A stretch of DNA of 58,869 nucleotides, counting the filler, from Catajapyx aquilonaris (taxonomy: Eukaryota), in NCBI GenBank assembly GCA_000934665.2. It is 2 parts of 2 records of this genome, joined end to end, with 100 filler letters (N's around TTAATTAATTAA, not from the genome) between each part and the next. Parts side by side here need not be neighbours in the genome. Positions count along the whole stretch, not along the records: positions 29,445 to 58,869 come from JYFJ02004812.1; 1 more part is not named here. One strand, written 5' to 3'. The notes beneath the pieces were generated by a model. The model was not told the origin of the DNA. It did not search any database and worked only from the letters and a program-made list of their open reading frames with translations. This document shows, piece after piece, positions 33,284-47,000 of this stretch. A program made the position numbers and the translations under genes. Position 1 is the stretch's first letter, and the number at the start of each line of letters is the position of its first letter.

Positions 33284-35256
33284 GGGTCATTCTAAATTTA
33301 CTTGCACTATTCCACTTTTCCGGATGATTTTTTTGTTACATTTCAGTCACAATTATTGCATTATGTGGATGTGTAAGGTTTGAAGTGAAGCAAATAGCTG
33401 AAATCAGAGCTAAATATTAGTTATACAAACCAGCAGACCTTTTAGAACACGTGCATGTGTATAAATCTGTAACCGGACAGAAACCTGGACTTCTCTTGTT
33501 TATAAGTGAGGATCAAGCAGTCAGGCAATACGTTTTACCATTGGACTTCGTGGATGTCCGTAGTCAAGTTAATGTTGTATACCTACCATAATATAGTTAA
33601 TGAGAATGGATAAAATAATAAACTGTGTAACCTCTGTTGTGCCTCCGTTACCAGATTGTATATTTTATACTTGAAAGTTTTCCTAGTAATAAGAAAAAAT
33701 AAATTACAAAAAAAAATATCTGAGGGTTGTCAGGTCACATATTGAGTGCAGCCTTCAATTGATAGAATTGGTCATAACTGATAATTAAGATTTGCAAATA
33801 TTAAATTCATTTCCATTACAGAGGTTACAGTCATGAGGGAGCAAAGGTTTCAGACATCAATATATTTAATGCAGTGATTTTTTCGCATATTAATGACGTT
33901 GATAGTTAAGTTCACCAAAAGGGCATTCTGACTTAAATGACTGCACAGCCACATTTTAAGGCAGTGCAGTGCAGTGGTTCCCAACCTTTTTTCGTCGCGA
34001 CCCTATCTGAAACCTTTTCTCACCCTGTTGGTGACCCATGTGACTCCCCATCCCCCGCCTAATCTAGAGTTTTTCCCCAAATATTTTATTGCCAAAACGT
34101 TCATCAAGGTACAGTACAATGCTTTTGTAGATTTTTAATAAATTTCCCCACCAAAATTTTCTTCCTTGCGTTACTTTTTCTTTTCTTTTTTATTTATCTT
34201 TCTTCCCCTTTCCAGGCCTTCCCCGCGACCCTTGAAACATGTTGGCGACCCTATTTTGGATCGGGATAATCATATATCTGTTGTGCACTCACGATAAAGG
34301 CGCTGGTTTTATGCGTTCGTTAGCTTGTCGTGCCCATGCACTTCTTTTTGGGTCCCATTATGAATCTTAAGAAAAAAATTTCACAGTTGTGGTATGATTG
34401 GCCTAATTACGCCTATTTTACCCCAACTATAATACACTGTAAGCTCTGTGACATTTTATAACCTTTGATACTGTTCTGTAATGTCTGTTTCTGGTAGGGG
34501 GTAACAGAGGTTACATTAATATAATTATGTAAAAATATATATTTGAATACATGATTTTTTACTGAAATTATCCGTCAAATTTCCCAATAGAGGTACCAAA
34601 TCTACCCTTGCGAGATTTGTACATTTTCCACAATCTCTACAAAAATGCTTAAAAATCGGTAACAGAGGTTACAAAGAGAAAAAAACATGCACCTGCAAAA
34701 TATTGTCATAATCCCACTGTATGATACCTGAACTGAACATCATAGACTCCAAAATGTATACTGTGATTGTTTGATCCCTCCTGAACTTCACTTCTGCCTA
34801 GTGTTGCCCCCTTTTTAATAAGAATGGAAAACTGCACAAGACAGTGGTAGCGGAGGTTAATAGCAGAGGTTACACAAACCCCGGACAGCACTTTTTCAGC
34901 AAAAAATATATCTGCAGGAAATTGATTACAGGAATTTATTTTTGTAATATCCTGTTCACCATAGTGTTTGCTATTGTGATAAAATGCGTAAAGAGGAGCA
35001 AATAATGTTACAGAACTACGTAAACAATATATTCTCAAAGAAGCGTCATCACGGACAGTGAGAAAAAGACGCCGCGTGATGGATTTTTTTTATCTCGTAT
35101 GAAAATCAAGTTTTAAATTCATTTAATACATTTTGTATGAGGCAATAAGATACTTTAAAAAGTAATAGTAACATGGAGCAAAAGCAGCCGAAGGCTGACG
35201 AGTAATTACGATTCCAATTTAAGGCATGAAAAGTGCAAGTAAATTTAGAATGACCC
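33284..35256. mobile_element. Non-autonomous DNA transposon with 25-bp TIRs (Sola2-like terminus)
   Basis: GGGTCATTCTAAATTTACTTGCACT...AGTGCAAGTAAATTTAGAATGACCC; internal repeated CAGAGGTTACA motif in both orientations; TSD not clean. Confidence 0.7.
33972..34265. mobile_element. hAT (Charlie-type) MITE remnant nested in the 33284-35256 element
   Basis: CAGTGGTTCCCAACCTTTT terminus and repeated GCGACCC motifs; right TIR lost. Confidence 0.65.
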
Positions 35257-35891
35257 ATGCAGGACAAGCATAGATCAGGTTAGATGGTGGTGTAAGTTTG
35301 GCTCCACTTGGCCAGGAAAAAGTATATATTATGATACTGTGCAATTGATAGCCATTTATATTATAGGGGCTATTAGGTAATATGTTTTGGTGTTTATTAT
35401 GTAAATGGCATTTTTGATTCGACTTATTTTATTCGTTTCGTTTTCGTATTGTTATTTTAAAGCGCTGGCTTCATAAATATAAGTCTTTTTGTACAATCTC
35501 TTCCATCTATAGCCTACTAACGGAAACATTCAACCAGAAGCTTCCGATAGGACGGGCTGTGTCTTTCTGTAGCAAATTTCACATTTAAGGAAGGTTCTAA
35601 AATATGGTAGAGAATTATTCGTGAATTTTCGTTAGCCCTACTGACCTAAAAAGAGTAACTACTGGCATAATATACTTGTACCAGTAGGTCTCTATAACCG
35701 ACACAAAGAACTGGCATAGACTTGTCCAGTACAGTATACTGCTGTACCTTCGGGCCATGCACCAAGCCTCCTCCCCCCCCCCCCCNNNATGCCCCATCCC
35801 TTACCCCTTTCCTCCTCAGTTTTACAGTCTCGGTAATGATCGCTTGTGACACACTGTGCAATATGACTATCCACTATTGGGCTACTCTATA

Positions 35892-36315
35892 CAGGGTGTA
35901 TCTGAACTCAGTGCCCCGACGTATATGACTGCCTTCCTAGCCACCAGAGGATGAACTTGTGTAGAGGAGTCATTATGTCTGGGCAGCCTCATTACTGAGA
36001 TAACTCTTTAGCGATTTTTGCCTAATCGCTCCTTCTGACTTTTAAATAGAATTTTCTGGTGTAACTAGCCAAAGAGGCCTTACCACCTGTGGGCAACAAA
36101 CCAACAAAGTCCCGCCCCCAGACCTTCCAGAGCCTTCTGACTGGGGGAGGGTTCGATGGGTGGCCTAACCGACAGGATATTTTGTAATACATGTTTGCGG
36201 CCAATTATCTCCGTAATGCGGCGGCCAAACATAATGACTCCTATACTTAAATCGATCCTCTGGTGGCTAGGAAGGCAGTCATATACGTCGGGGCACTGAG
36301 TTCAGATACACCCTG
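35892..36315. mobile_element. Tc1/mariner MITE
   Basis: Perfect TIRs of about 61 bp (CAGGGTGTATCTGAACTCAG...CTGAGTTCAGATACACCCTG) flanked by TA. Confidence 0.92.
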
Positions 36316-39300
36316 TATAAATACTTATGCACGAACTAAATCCTTACTCTCAGAATCTGCTGCTATTTGTCTTTTAAGTTTGAAGCAGCCCCTGGACACT
36401 TCTATCCCAGCGCAATAGAAAAGGCCGATCCGTTATTCCTTCCCGCAGCGGCGCTAGTAAAAACAATGGAATCTCGCTGTGCGTGTCGTTCATTCGCCAT
36501 AACAACTAGCGACCCTGTCGGTACAACTCATCAACAGCACTTATGGAATCGATTTTGCATACCGGTATCACCATCGGCAGGTATCGATAGCCGATAGGTA
36601 TCCATCGGTATCCGTCACGAGCTCGCGACCCTGGAGAACACTCGATTTGAATTGGCGGTCCGTGGACGATTCCCCTCCCGATTACTACCGATAGCGTATA
36701 CCAAGATGGCCGCAATATGGAGATGTTCACGATCCAGTTCACATCATGGCCACCTCCAGTCAGCGCCACGGCGGGATTGAGTAACGGATCGCAAGATGGC
36801 GGGGAGTTTCCCGACCTTTCCTTCTAAGACCGTGGTTTGAAGTAAGGGGAAGGAGACGGCCACATGAATGAGCTTCCCTATAGTTAGTTTTTTAAATCCT
36901 TGATGTACTCCGGCTTCACATAATTATGTATAATTATGCTATATCCCGAGGCATAATTGAGGCACCGACCTCAATGAAACAAATTCGAACGGGTTTTATC
37001 GCAAAACCGTTGTTATTAATTGTTGGTTCATTTGTTGTCAACAATTAATAACTAGCGAAATCCGACCGCATTTGTTTTAGTGAGTTCGACTCTCGTCCTC
37101 TCTGAAAGAGTTGTGGTTGTTATTGTTGAAAGTTGACAGGTGTTCTAATTGAGATGCTTCATGGTAAGTACTGATTACACATAATCACGCGTTAATCATA
37201 CTCAGTTATCCTTGGGTGTGTATGTGACCACTTGAATATAAATACATGTAAGTTATGCTAATAAAATAATACAATGAAGTTTTGTCCGACGCAATTTTTT
37301 TCAAAATAATATAGGCCTACATATTAGTCCAATTACGAAATTTTTTGGTGAATGAGAGTCGCTTAGGACAAAAAGATACACAGGACGAATACTCCGTAAG
37401 ACTACATGTGTTTGGATGAGATTGCATTAAATTGGATGAGATTACAGTATATTGGATAAATATTATGTGTTTGGAAGAAAACCGGTTTGGCTAAGTGGTG
37501 ATACCCACATCGGAAACCTTCATGGATGAATCACACTGGTATGCTTATGTCATTAGATACGTTAGACCAAATAGTGACCCACAATTTTCCTTACCGATGG
37601 TTCGATGTGGGAAAATCGATTATTTGACTCGACAAATTGTCACTTTTCGGGGCCATTTTACTCAGTTTTCCATCTGGTGTCGGGATAGAAAATCAATCTT
37701 GTTATTTTTATTTGTGTGCGCCACCTGAGCGCTTTTGTTAAGCTTTTTATACCTCTCTAAAAGGTTTATCGTGACTGAAACATTCACACCAAATCATATC
37801 AGCTTATTGTATAGAACATGACTCTTAATTTAAGTTGGGGGTTATACTTTTTCTAAAATCTCGAACTACACTAGTAGCACTACCAGGTGGCTCATAATCA
37901 AAGGAAGAGTGAAGACTAGTTTTTTCCTCCATATACGTGACCTAGAGGCTCTTCAGTATCTTATCGCCTTATTGTTTACCCACAAGTTTTAAATGTCACA
38001 GACAATGTAGAATAGACTAATACGCAGTGTTTCACCCTTACACCCTTCCTATTCGTAATGTGTTCCTCTTTATTATGTAATAATACGGGATGTTAAATAT
38101 ATTAATTATGGCATAGCACAGTGGTGCACAAGTGGCATATTAACAGATATACAATCATTTTCTATGCTTTGTCATATCTTAAGTACTTTTTAAGATTATT
38201 CACGACACATTTTTATTGCATTTGTCATTGGTTAATTTAGCCAAAGGAACCTCCTGTTTACTGCTGTGCTAATCTGATGATGCCATACCAATCAGGTAGC
38301 ACATTCTAGTCAGGTTGGTAGGTATTGGCAAGGGGGNGGGGGTGTTCGGAGGCATATGCTTTTCTCCTCGTAATACATAATTTGATTTGACCAAAGACGA
38401 CATTCAGTTCCCATTACGATATTATCATCTCATCGGATTAGTTGGCACAGCAAGCGTCGAAGCGTTCGAAGCGTCGCGTCGTCTAACAAGCAAGTACGGC
38501 AGAGATTTGAAGGAACGAATGGAAAGGGCTACCACTCCATGGAATAAAAATATACCTGTAAGCGCGGGTACAAAACACTTCAAAAATGACAATGACGAAA
38601 TGATTTCCGTTTATGATATTTGTTGCTCCTTGACCAGGAAATTAAGACTTTTTAAATTAAATTGAATCGTTATTTGCATTCTACAAGCAAAAAAGTCTGA
38701 CTCGCTGGAAAACTTCTCTTCTGTTTGTCACTGGAGTAGATCTGCATCATAATTTTTCATCCACGCTGTTCCGATGTTGGTGGTTAAAAAGCACGCATAC
38801 ACATCATCACGCTGTTACCTGTCCTGCTAATATCTTTGAAAAGGAGAGCTGACTTTAGTCCCTATTACGAGCAGATGTTCATTTGCAACCATCGCAGAAG
38901 CAAATGTTGTTAGTAATGCTACAGTCTTGTTTTGACTGTTGGGCTTGTCTATAAATACGCTGTTCACCTTTGTTTCCAGTTATCTCGGAAACGTCGTCTC
39001 CAACTTTATGCGCACAAAATTCAAGTGCGATCCTCGCAACTAAAACAGGGTATTACCATGAACAAACAGCACGACTAAAGTTAAGGCCGGAACCGAAGAG
39101 CGCACCTGAATAATGCTCTTCACTGCCAAAGTTTCTCTTCAAACCTAGTGCCTTTCACACTTGCATACTCCACAAGTTTCTTCCTGCTAATCTCATTGAG
39201 AAATAAATACACAAGGAGACCTCCAGTGGATAGATTTTCTAAGTCATGAGTGACTACTCTAGCCTGTCAATAAAATGACCTCGTGTGCCAACCGAGTCAC

Positions 39301-39533
39301 TCCAAAGAGAACAGTAGCCTGTAGCTAATATGGCATATAGGTAATAGGCTAATATTGCTCTCAATATTATATTATAACTATGTGAATACTTAAAATTAAG
39401 AACAATATGAGTCACATTATTTTAACTATTTCAAGATATGAGGGTTTGAAGTTTCAAGATGCCATTAACCATTATGAGATCAGTAATGTAATTGAGTATG
39501 TGGATGTGAAAACTATAGGTATCAACAGTGCAT

Positions 39534-39650
39534 AAAGAACTGTCCCAGTCATCCTGACGTGTGGGCTGCCCGCTCGACACACACCATGTAAGTTACATGG
39601 TGTGTGTCGAGCGGGCAGCACACACATCAGGATGACTGGGACAATTCTTT
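39534..39650. repeat. 117-bp imperfect palindrome
   Basis: AAAGAACTGTCCCAGTCATCCTGA...TCAGGATGACTGGGACAATTCTTT with apex GTAA-G-TTAC. Confidence 0.92.
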
Positions 39651-40102
39651 TTGAACTGATGATACGTGACTTTACCTAGTTTGTATAGTGGTACTCTGGG
39701 AAAAGTAGCCTCAATCTTTACCTTGGTAGTCCATCCAGAGAGAACCTTTTTCCTCCATTCCCTCGTAGAGCTAGATCCTCTCAAAGGGAGGGAGGCGAAC
39801 GAGGATCGGAGAGGGCAGGAGAGAAGAGTTCGCTGTGCATAAGCTGCGTGCGGTTGCTATGTACTATCGGGTTCAAATACTTTTGGCCACTTTATCCTGG
39901 TCTTGCAGCAACCCTTCGCACAGACCCCACGTTAAGGAGGCGTGTGTGTGTGAAGGGTTGCTCCAAGACCAGGATAAAGTGCCAAAAGGATTTTCACCCG
40001 ATAGTACTACATCAGCCTTGTGGTTAGAAAAAATAATCTACTTGTAGAACCAATTTAATGTGGTGGAACATTTTGACATATTTGTTATTACCAAGGGGTT
40101 AA

Positions 40103-40227
40103 CCACTCGACTGGAAAGTATACACTGGAGTACCAAATTCAAGGAGTACCAAGGAGTACCAAAGAGTAAGGTACCTAAGGAGTACCTGGGAGTACCACTG
40201 CAGGTGTACACCAGAGTACCGAAGTGG
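40103..40227. mobile_element. piggyBac-like MITE with internal GGAGTACC repeats
   Basis: TTAA|CCACT...AGTGG|TTAA; a similar right end (GTACACCAGAGTAACCAAAGTGG|TTAA) occurs at about 30080-30106. Confidence 0.6.
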
Positions 40228-40910
40228 TTAACCACTTGGTTATTACGGATGTTTATTGACCCATAAAGGTTTTTTTGTGCGGCATGTTCTAACTAAAATT
40301 TGGTAGCAATTTTATTACGAAAACTATGGCAACGAAAAAAGTAAAATAATACTGTACTGTGGTCCATCTTGCTATTGGGACCTTGATCTGGAGCAAAAAT
40401 CACGGAATGACCTCCACTCGGCATATTCTAGTAGAGTACCGTACATCAATGCCGGATCCGCGCTACTATATACTAGCACAGTATAATATACTAGCACTAG
40501 ATTTTGGAATGTTACTAATAGACTAAAATCACATAAGAGTTGATTCCGTTGACAATCCAGCTGGGTCTTCGTGGCTGTCTTTCGCATCTGTTGTTGTGTC
40601 GACTGAAGTTGGCTACACCACCCTCTACTCAAGGACTCTAACCGGTTCCCTAGTTTTACTCTAAACTGGTCTAGTCTCGAGCTAGCCCCGTGGACTAATG
40701 TAGGTTCAGTCCGATGAATTTTCTGGAGTACTGTCCCCCAGTCATCTCTTGCACTAATCTTATAGCCTACATGTCTGAAAATGACTCATTGGTTCCTTTC
40801 TGATTGAAAACGCCCTAAATTCATGATGGCCGACTGTTAACACACGCTCCAATTAAACATTGCCGATTTGCAACACGCAAATTCATTCTGGCTGCCCTTG
40901 ACGACTCTCA

Positions 40911-41094
40911 AGGCCTGTTTCCACAGGCATAATAAATTTTTGAGCACAAAAAGAAAAGCACAAAAATGGAGCACAAAATCAAACAAACTTTATTATTATT
41001 ACTTTGTTACTTTATTATTAATCGCCTAGCAACAAAAAATTGTTCTGACTTGCATTTTGCCCAGAACAAAAATTATGCCGGTGGAAACAGGCCT
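40911..41094. mobile_element. PIF/Harbinger MITE
   Basis: TIR AGGCCTGTTTCCAC(A/C)GGCATAAT with 3-bp TCA TSD on both sides. Confidence 0.88.
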
Positions 41095-44000
41095 TCATTC
41101 CAATGCGGAAATTTTGGAGCCGAAAAAATGACGAAGGTCCAACTAATTTGTGGTTTAAAACATCAATTTCAATTTTTATAATTTATTTCACATCCAATTT
41201 TACACAATCTTCTAAATTGTAACTAGAAGAATAATTTTCACAATTATAATACTAAATATGCAAAATGGTAAGAACATTATAAGGTACTCTACATCCCAGA
41301 AGAGATTAATTTATAATTTCCCATTCGCCAAAAAATTCCCGTTTGATATTCTGCCATATCAGATGCTCACCTGTCTTATCCACGAAGTAATCATTTTACA
41401 CTTTACACCTGACTTGAGATTTGCTACCATAGTTAACGTCCGCTAGTGCCTCTCCTAAGTTATTAATAGTTCACGACTTCCTGGCTCCCCATCATAATTA
41501 CTTAACCGTAAGGATGTCTTGATTAGCTCTGGAACATCCCATTTGAAATAGTTGCGTGCGTTTACCGCAGAGGCACGTAAAGTAATAAAGCCTTTCCTTC
41601 GAAAAAGCACCGCAAGACTAGTTCCAACGAACAATAAATCGAGCTCCATCATGCCTGCATCCTTCCCTCGAGCGATTGGGAAGGAAGATGAGGCCGTTTC
41701 CAAAGATTAAGAAGAGGAGAAAGAGGAAGGAAAGAAGGGGAGGTTTAGGCCTCGTAATGAAGAAAGTGGAGACCGGCCAAAAGTTGAAGAGCGGAAGACT
41801 CCGTGGGTGAGTGCTTTTTGAGGGAACAAAGAGGTGGAGTATAAAAAAAACCAGCAACTGGATGCTCCTGTAAGTCCCACGTGAAACGCCTCCACAAGAG
41901 CTTTTACAAAACGTGTTATGCCGACGAGCTTCCTCCCAGTACTAAATTACCGTTATGACGTCTTCAGGAGTCAGATTAGTGCGCCGGACTACTTCCTGCA
42001 GCGAAGCCTCTGACAAATGTCGTCGCCGTGCTGTGGAAAGGGGAAGGAATCGCCGCCTGAAAGCAGCAGAAAGGGAGCCTACGGTTATAAATCTGGGCTG
42101 GAGTAGTGATAGTCAACGCCGCGGCCGGAGTGAGTACCTAGGCCAGAGCAACTTCCGCAGTTCAGAACCACTTAAAGAATGTCCGGTTACTTCAGGGAGA
42201 GACCGCTTGTAGTTCCGGGACGCTTCTTTTATATTATATTGCGACACCCACACTCAGGCTGCCGGAGATCCTGATCGAGTTTCGGATTTCCGATACTTGC
42301 TTTGGCTGGGGGAATGAAAAGTTGTCGTCAAATTAAACGAGCCCTGTTTCAATTTATTAGCAGACTTTTGCGGGATATAACTTTGCCATGCTTAACTTGT
42401 TTTGGAGTATAATACTGCAGTTTTCAGCAGTGGAAGTTCAATATAAGTTTTGGTTATGTACTAATACTACATGACAGTGTCGACGGCTAATAATGTTTCA
42501 TGTGTATTTATCTAATAGGAAACATCACGAAGAAGACATAGCCTAGTGTGACAGTTTCAAGTTAAAAGCTTCTATTGTTATGGAAAATGACACGATTTTA
42601 CCAGCAGAAGATCAAAACTGAAGTGTTTTACGATTTGATTCAATAAGCACAGATCATAATGATATATTTGACTCTCACATATACTGAAAAATTGGGCTTT
42701 CAACGTGTAGAGCAAACGGTCAGGTCCTGTTCTTTGAAAATAACGCGTGACATATGACGACATCTGTTGGACGTGAGTTCCTCCACAAATTCTCTCCCGA
42801 CACAAAAATTGAAGAATCTTCTGTCGCATGTTCTACAGTATGGAGTGCCTGACATCTCCAGACATAAATCGTTATTCTTTCGTGGAATCCCAAGTCACTA
42901 GCAACTTCGATGTCAGTAACGCATGCCATCTGCGACTTATCATTTCAAGCACTGCAACTCATCATATCCAGCGCACTTTCAATAGTCAGAAAATTCGACT
43001 GAACTTTACAAATTCGACTCCGAATTAATTCATGAGAAGACGATTATCTCCACCTAATGAATTCACATATAACTTTTCCTATTACAATAGTTTTTGCACT
43101 TTAAACTTACAAACGTAGTATTTAGGTCATCACATTATGAAATTTCCAACTTATTTCCGCAGATGGTGCTCCGGGCATATTTGGCATTGGAGAGAACCCA
43201 TGACCCTTTTTTGTGTCTTAGGTCCCTTCCCAACCCAAAACTCACGGGGAAAAAAAATATTTGCTCCTATTTGTACCACAGGCTTTCGCAATGTTCTGCC
43301 CCGTGGCAACTTATTAAACAAATTCAGCGTTTCAAAGCCCACGTTACCATTTACCACATCCGCAGACTCCGCCGATAAAATTACGGTTGTGCGACCTTAC
43401 ATCGCCCATGGTTAAATTCGCCCCATCAAAAGGGCCCAACGTGATGGCAGTTTTCAGAAGAGATTAGCCTGATTAGCAAGTTCCGGCCAAAAATTAAAAG
43501 TCCTTTCTCCCCCCCCCCCTGCTTCTCCCTACCTCCCCACAAAGTTCTACTAAAGGAGAACTTATTGTTTCCTGCATAAAAGCGAATCTTGTAGACTCTC
43601 TGAACCGTGCCTTTACATCAAAGCCTCAAGCCCCATTTACCAAATTCGCCGCGGTTGCTCTCCCCAAATGGAGCAATACAACACAATACATTTGAGAAAT
43701 GGCATGCAAGTTTGAGAAGAGTAGAGGGAGATGGGAGGGTGAGGGAGAAGTGGAGGGTTAGGAAAGTATAGGGAGGTGTCCCAGCTAGTCTTCGCACCTG
43801 CACCCCCTCTTTCCTACGATTAGAGTTTTAGGCTGGGGTATAGTACGACCCCAACCCCCAAATGCATGAAAAAGATGGACCGGAGCTTGCAGAAAGGTTT
43901 ATCATGCTGGCAAAAGTTCGTTTTATGCCTTTTCCTCGAAATTATAATCAGCGCCAGGTTCGGATATGACCCAAGTTTATGGAGTGCTAAAGTGCCAGGA

Positions 44001-47000
44001 TGTAGGTGCGGACCTAGAACATCACACAGGGGGCTGGAAATGGTATAGATATAATATACAGTCGCGTCATCCGCCAGCATTGGAGGGGGAGCACCCCCTG
44101 CACCACTCTTATTCATAAAATTATCATCCTGGAACCCCTCCCAATATGGCGTCCCTTTTCTCCCAGAGCTCATATTTTATGTTGCTTTTCCCGTGATTCA
44201 GCGCGTCTATCTCCGTCACTCTTTAAGAGCCGGGAAGTTTGGTCCTGCCTCCGAGAGGGCTTTCAAACGTGACATAATGAGATCACTGGCTCGTTTCCAA
44301 TGAATAATGCTCCCTTCGTTGTGTCTATGTACCAGGCATGCGTCGCTTAGCAGGAGTATTCCTGGCACGGGCCGCTGTAATCTTGTGAATCCATCTCGCA
44401 TCAACTCTCTTGTCCTCGTGACGAAACTCTGCGGCACAAATCCCTTCTCATCTTGAAACGCCCAGCTTTTCCGACTCAAGAGGCCGACCACTATATCTCC
44501 CATAATGTATTCACCCAGTTCTAAACATGAAAAACAACCGAGCGGTTCTGTTGGAGAGTGAGAGAGAGATAGAAAAAAAAGGTTCATCCATCATCAAGCA
44601 GGCGTCAGTCAGAAGTTTTATAACGTTCCATTGGCCAGCTACACGTACGTTCTGTCCAGTTTGATGGTGAATCAGATTGAATTATACCCTCTGGGTACTG
44701 ATATTGGATGAGCCGCCATTCGTCATGTAGTAATTCTCGCAAATGTCTGGTGCTATTTGCACTCACTTGCATGCAAGTAAAAAAAACACCGAAAAGCCGG
44801 TTCAAATAGGTGAGTATGAAGTAATTAGCCACGAGCCATTAAAATAATTCACCGCTCCAATAATTGAGGTGTCGCACCTTCGAACTTGCGAAATCGATTT
44901 GGTCGGCACGTTTGTAAACTCCATGGATCTCGCCATAAACGGTACGTACTTGAACTAAATGAACTTGTCAAGTGCATCGCCTCAGTTGTTTACTTCCGAA
45001 GACCTGAAGTACTGAAACAATCTGATGAATATTACGTGTGCTAAGGCGTTATGCGCTGCCAACGGGTTTATAGGTAACATGCATGCAGGTCCGCTCCTCC
45101 AAACCAGTGTGGTGCAGGCGCCGCTGTTGACAACCGGTTAAGCATTGACCTGTTCATTACAAATTAAAAGCATATGTGTCCCCGGGTAACAATGCCTGCG
45201 GCAATACAGAGGCCTCTATATGCTTGAAAGCACTGTGCCATGCGTGGGTAGTGCGTGATGATTTTCCCGTGAAGAGTCATCGAACACATACTCTGGCACA
45301 TAGCATCAAACAATTTGTTTATTTTCTCCACTTCACCTGTTTTGCTGGACCCCACCAAGCACCTCTGGCAAGCGGAAAGTGGGAGACAAACAACACATAT
45401 CTGCCCAACACATGGTAGTTTCGCACAATTGCGCCGCCTGCTGGTACTTGTGCTCAAATGGTGGAAAGGTAGAATGCCCGGGCGAATTCCCAAAATTGAT
45501 ACCCACGATATCCTAATGCTGCACTTTGCCCCGCTCCTATAGCTTACCACAGCAAAGCTGTGATCCGAGGCTTCCTCAACCCAAAGTTATTGTGTGTCAT
45601 TTGTGGTAAGACGTCGCTGATGTTGGGGGAAGGTTATGGAGCCAATGGCCCTGAGATAAGAGTAAATGGCGGTCGCAACAAGCATCAGAAGGTCTTGCTC
45701 TCACCATGAGACACTTTAAGATGAGAAAATCGTCGCGTAATGGTGGAAAAACGCAGGAGGAGCTCAGCTTTTACTGCCGCCAACTTTCAAGTGCTTCAGA
45801 TGAGCGGAGCCCACGTAGGAAGATTTTGGCTACTTTCAAAGTGCCGTCTAGTAAATGAGACTAACCTAAAAAAGGGACTGGCACATAAAGCAGCCTAAAT
45901 TGAAGGGTAGGATGAGGGAGGCGATATTTTTGGATTATCATAGTTTGAGCAGATAGGCCGCTGAATTTTCTGTCCAGGTTGACGTACAGTATTGACGTAT
46001 TATAAATGAATTATTGGCAAAATACTGCATGTGACACTGATTTATGTACAAAGTGGAGCACTTTTGTCTCACGCCATTAGAACAGGTGTGCTGTAGTTCA
46101 GAGAAAAGCCCTAATTACATCACTGAAAGGTAATAGTATACCTCGTTTCATAATATTTAAAGTGTAGTAAGTTACATCTGTCTCGCCGTTGCACTATAAA
46201 TTCTTTCCACAGTACGTTAGATGTGCACAGAATCAGAGTATGACTCACATTCATTTGAAGCCAAATATAATATCCTTCAGAAAAATGTGCTGGGCCATTA
46301 GAGGCCCATTTGCTACACTTTCTGCATCCTTTCAGATGCCACCCAACTTCATGAACACGAGCATCGCATCCATCGCAGTGTTTTATTTCTCGAACTTTCT
46401 AGTAAAGACGAAAATAGACAATAATTTTATTTTAGCTCTCTAATAATTTTATGACCAGCAGCAAAATTATCTCGATACAGTATTATGACCTGCAAACAAC
46501 ACATAAATATCAAATGAATATCCATGAGAGCAGACTCTGGAGGTAATGTGCTTTTTTTATTATTTTCTTTGCTCAGAATTGAAGTAGCCCTACTATTGCA
46601 TAGGACACGTCATGCAGTACTAATTACAGTGCTTTTTGATTGCCACTTAGCATTCTAAAAACAGACGAGTCAGTAGAAGACCATTGCAAAACATAAATAA
46701 AGAGCACATAACCTATTATTGCTATTTTAAATCCGATAACTACTAGTGTATAATAGCCAACATAGCAAAACATACCTACGTTATTTACTTATACTCATTT
46801 AAGCATAATAAAATTAGGGAAATATGCAGTGTTTATTTTGAAAGTGAAAAAATACGTAAGGCCCCAGTCATATTTCAGCGGAAAATATAATTTTTAGCAG
46901 CATTTTCATTCTGGAGCTGCAGGTTGGCTAACCAAATTTTGCAGCTCGAATATACTATTCGTAGATCATTTTTACACTTTATGGGCCCGAGTTTCTAGTG

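Noticed and set aside
44605..44832. cGAS-like/Mab-21 similarity from EWRL and SNWTE
   Set aside because: Too short and not supported by neighbouring motifs.
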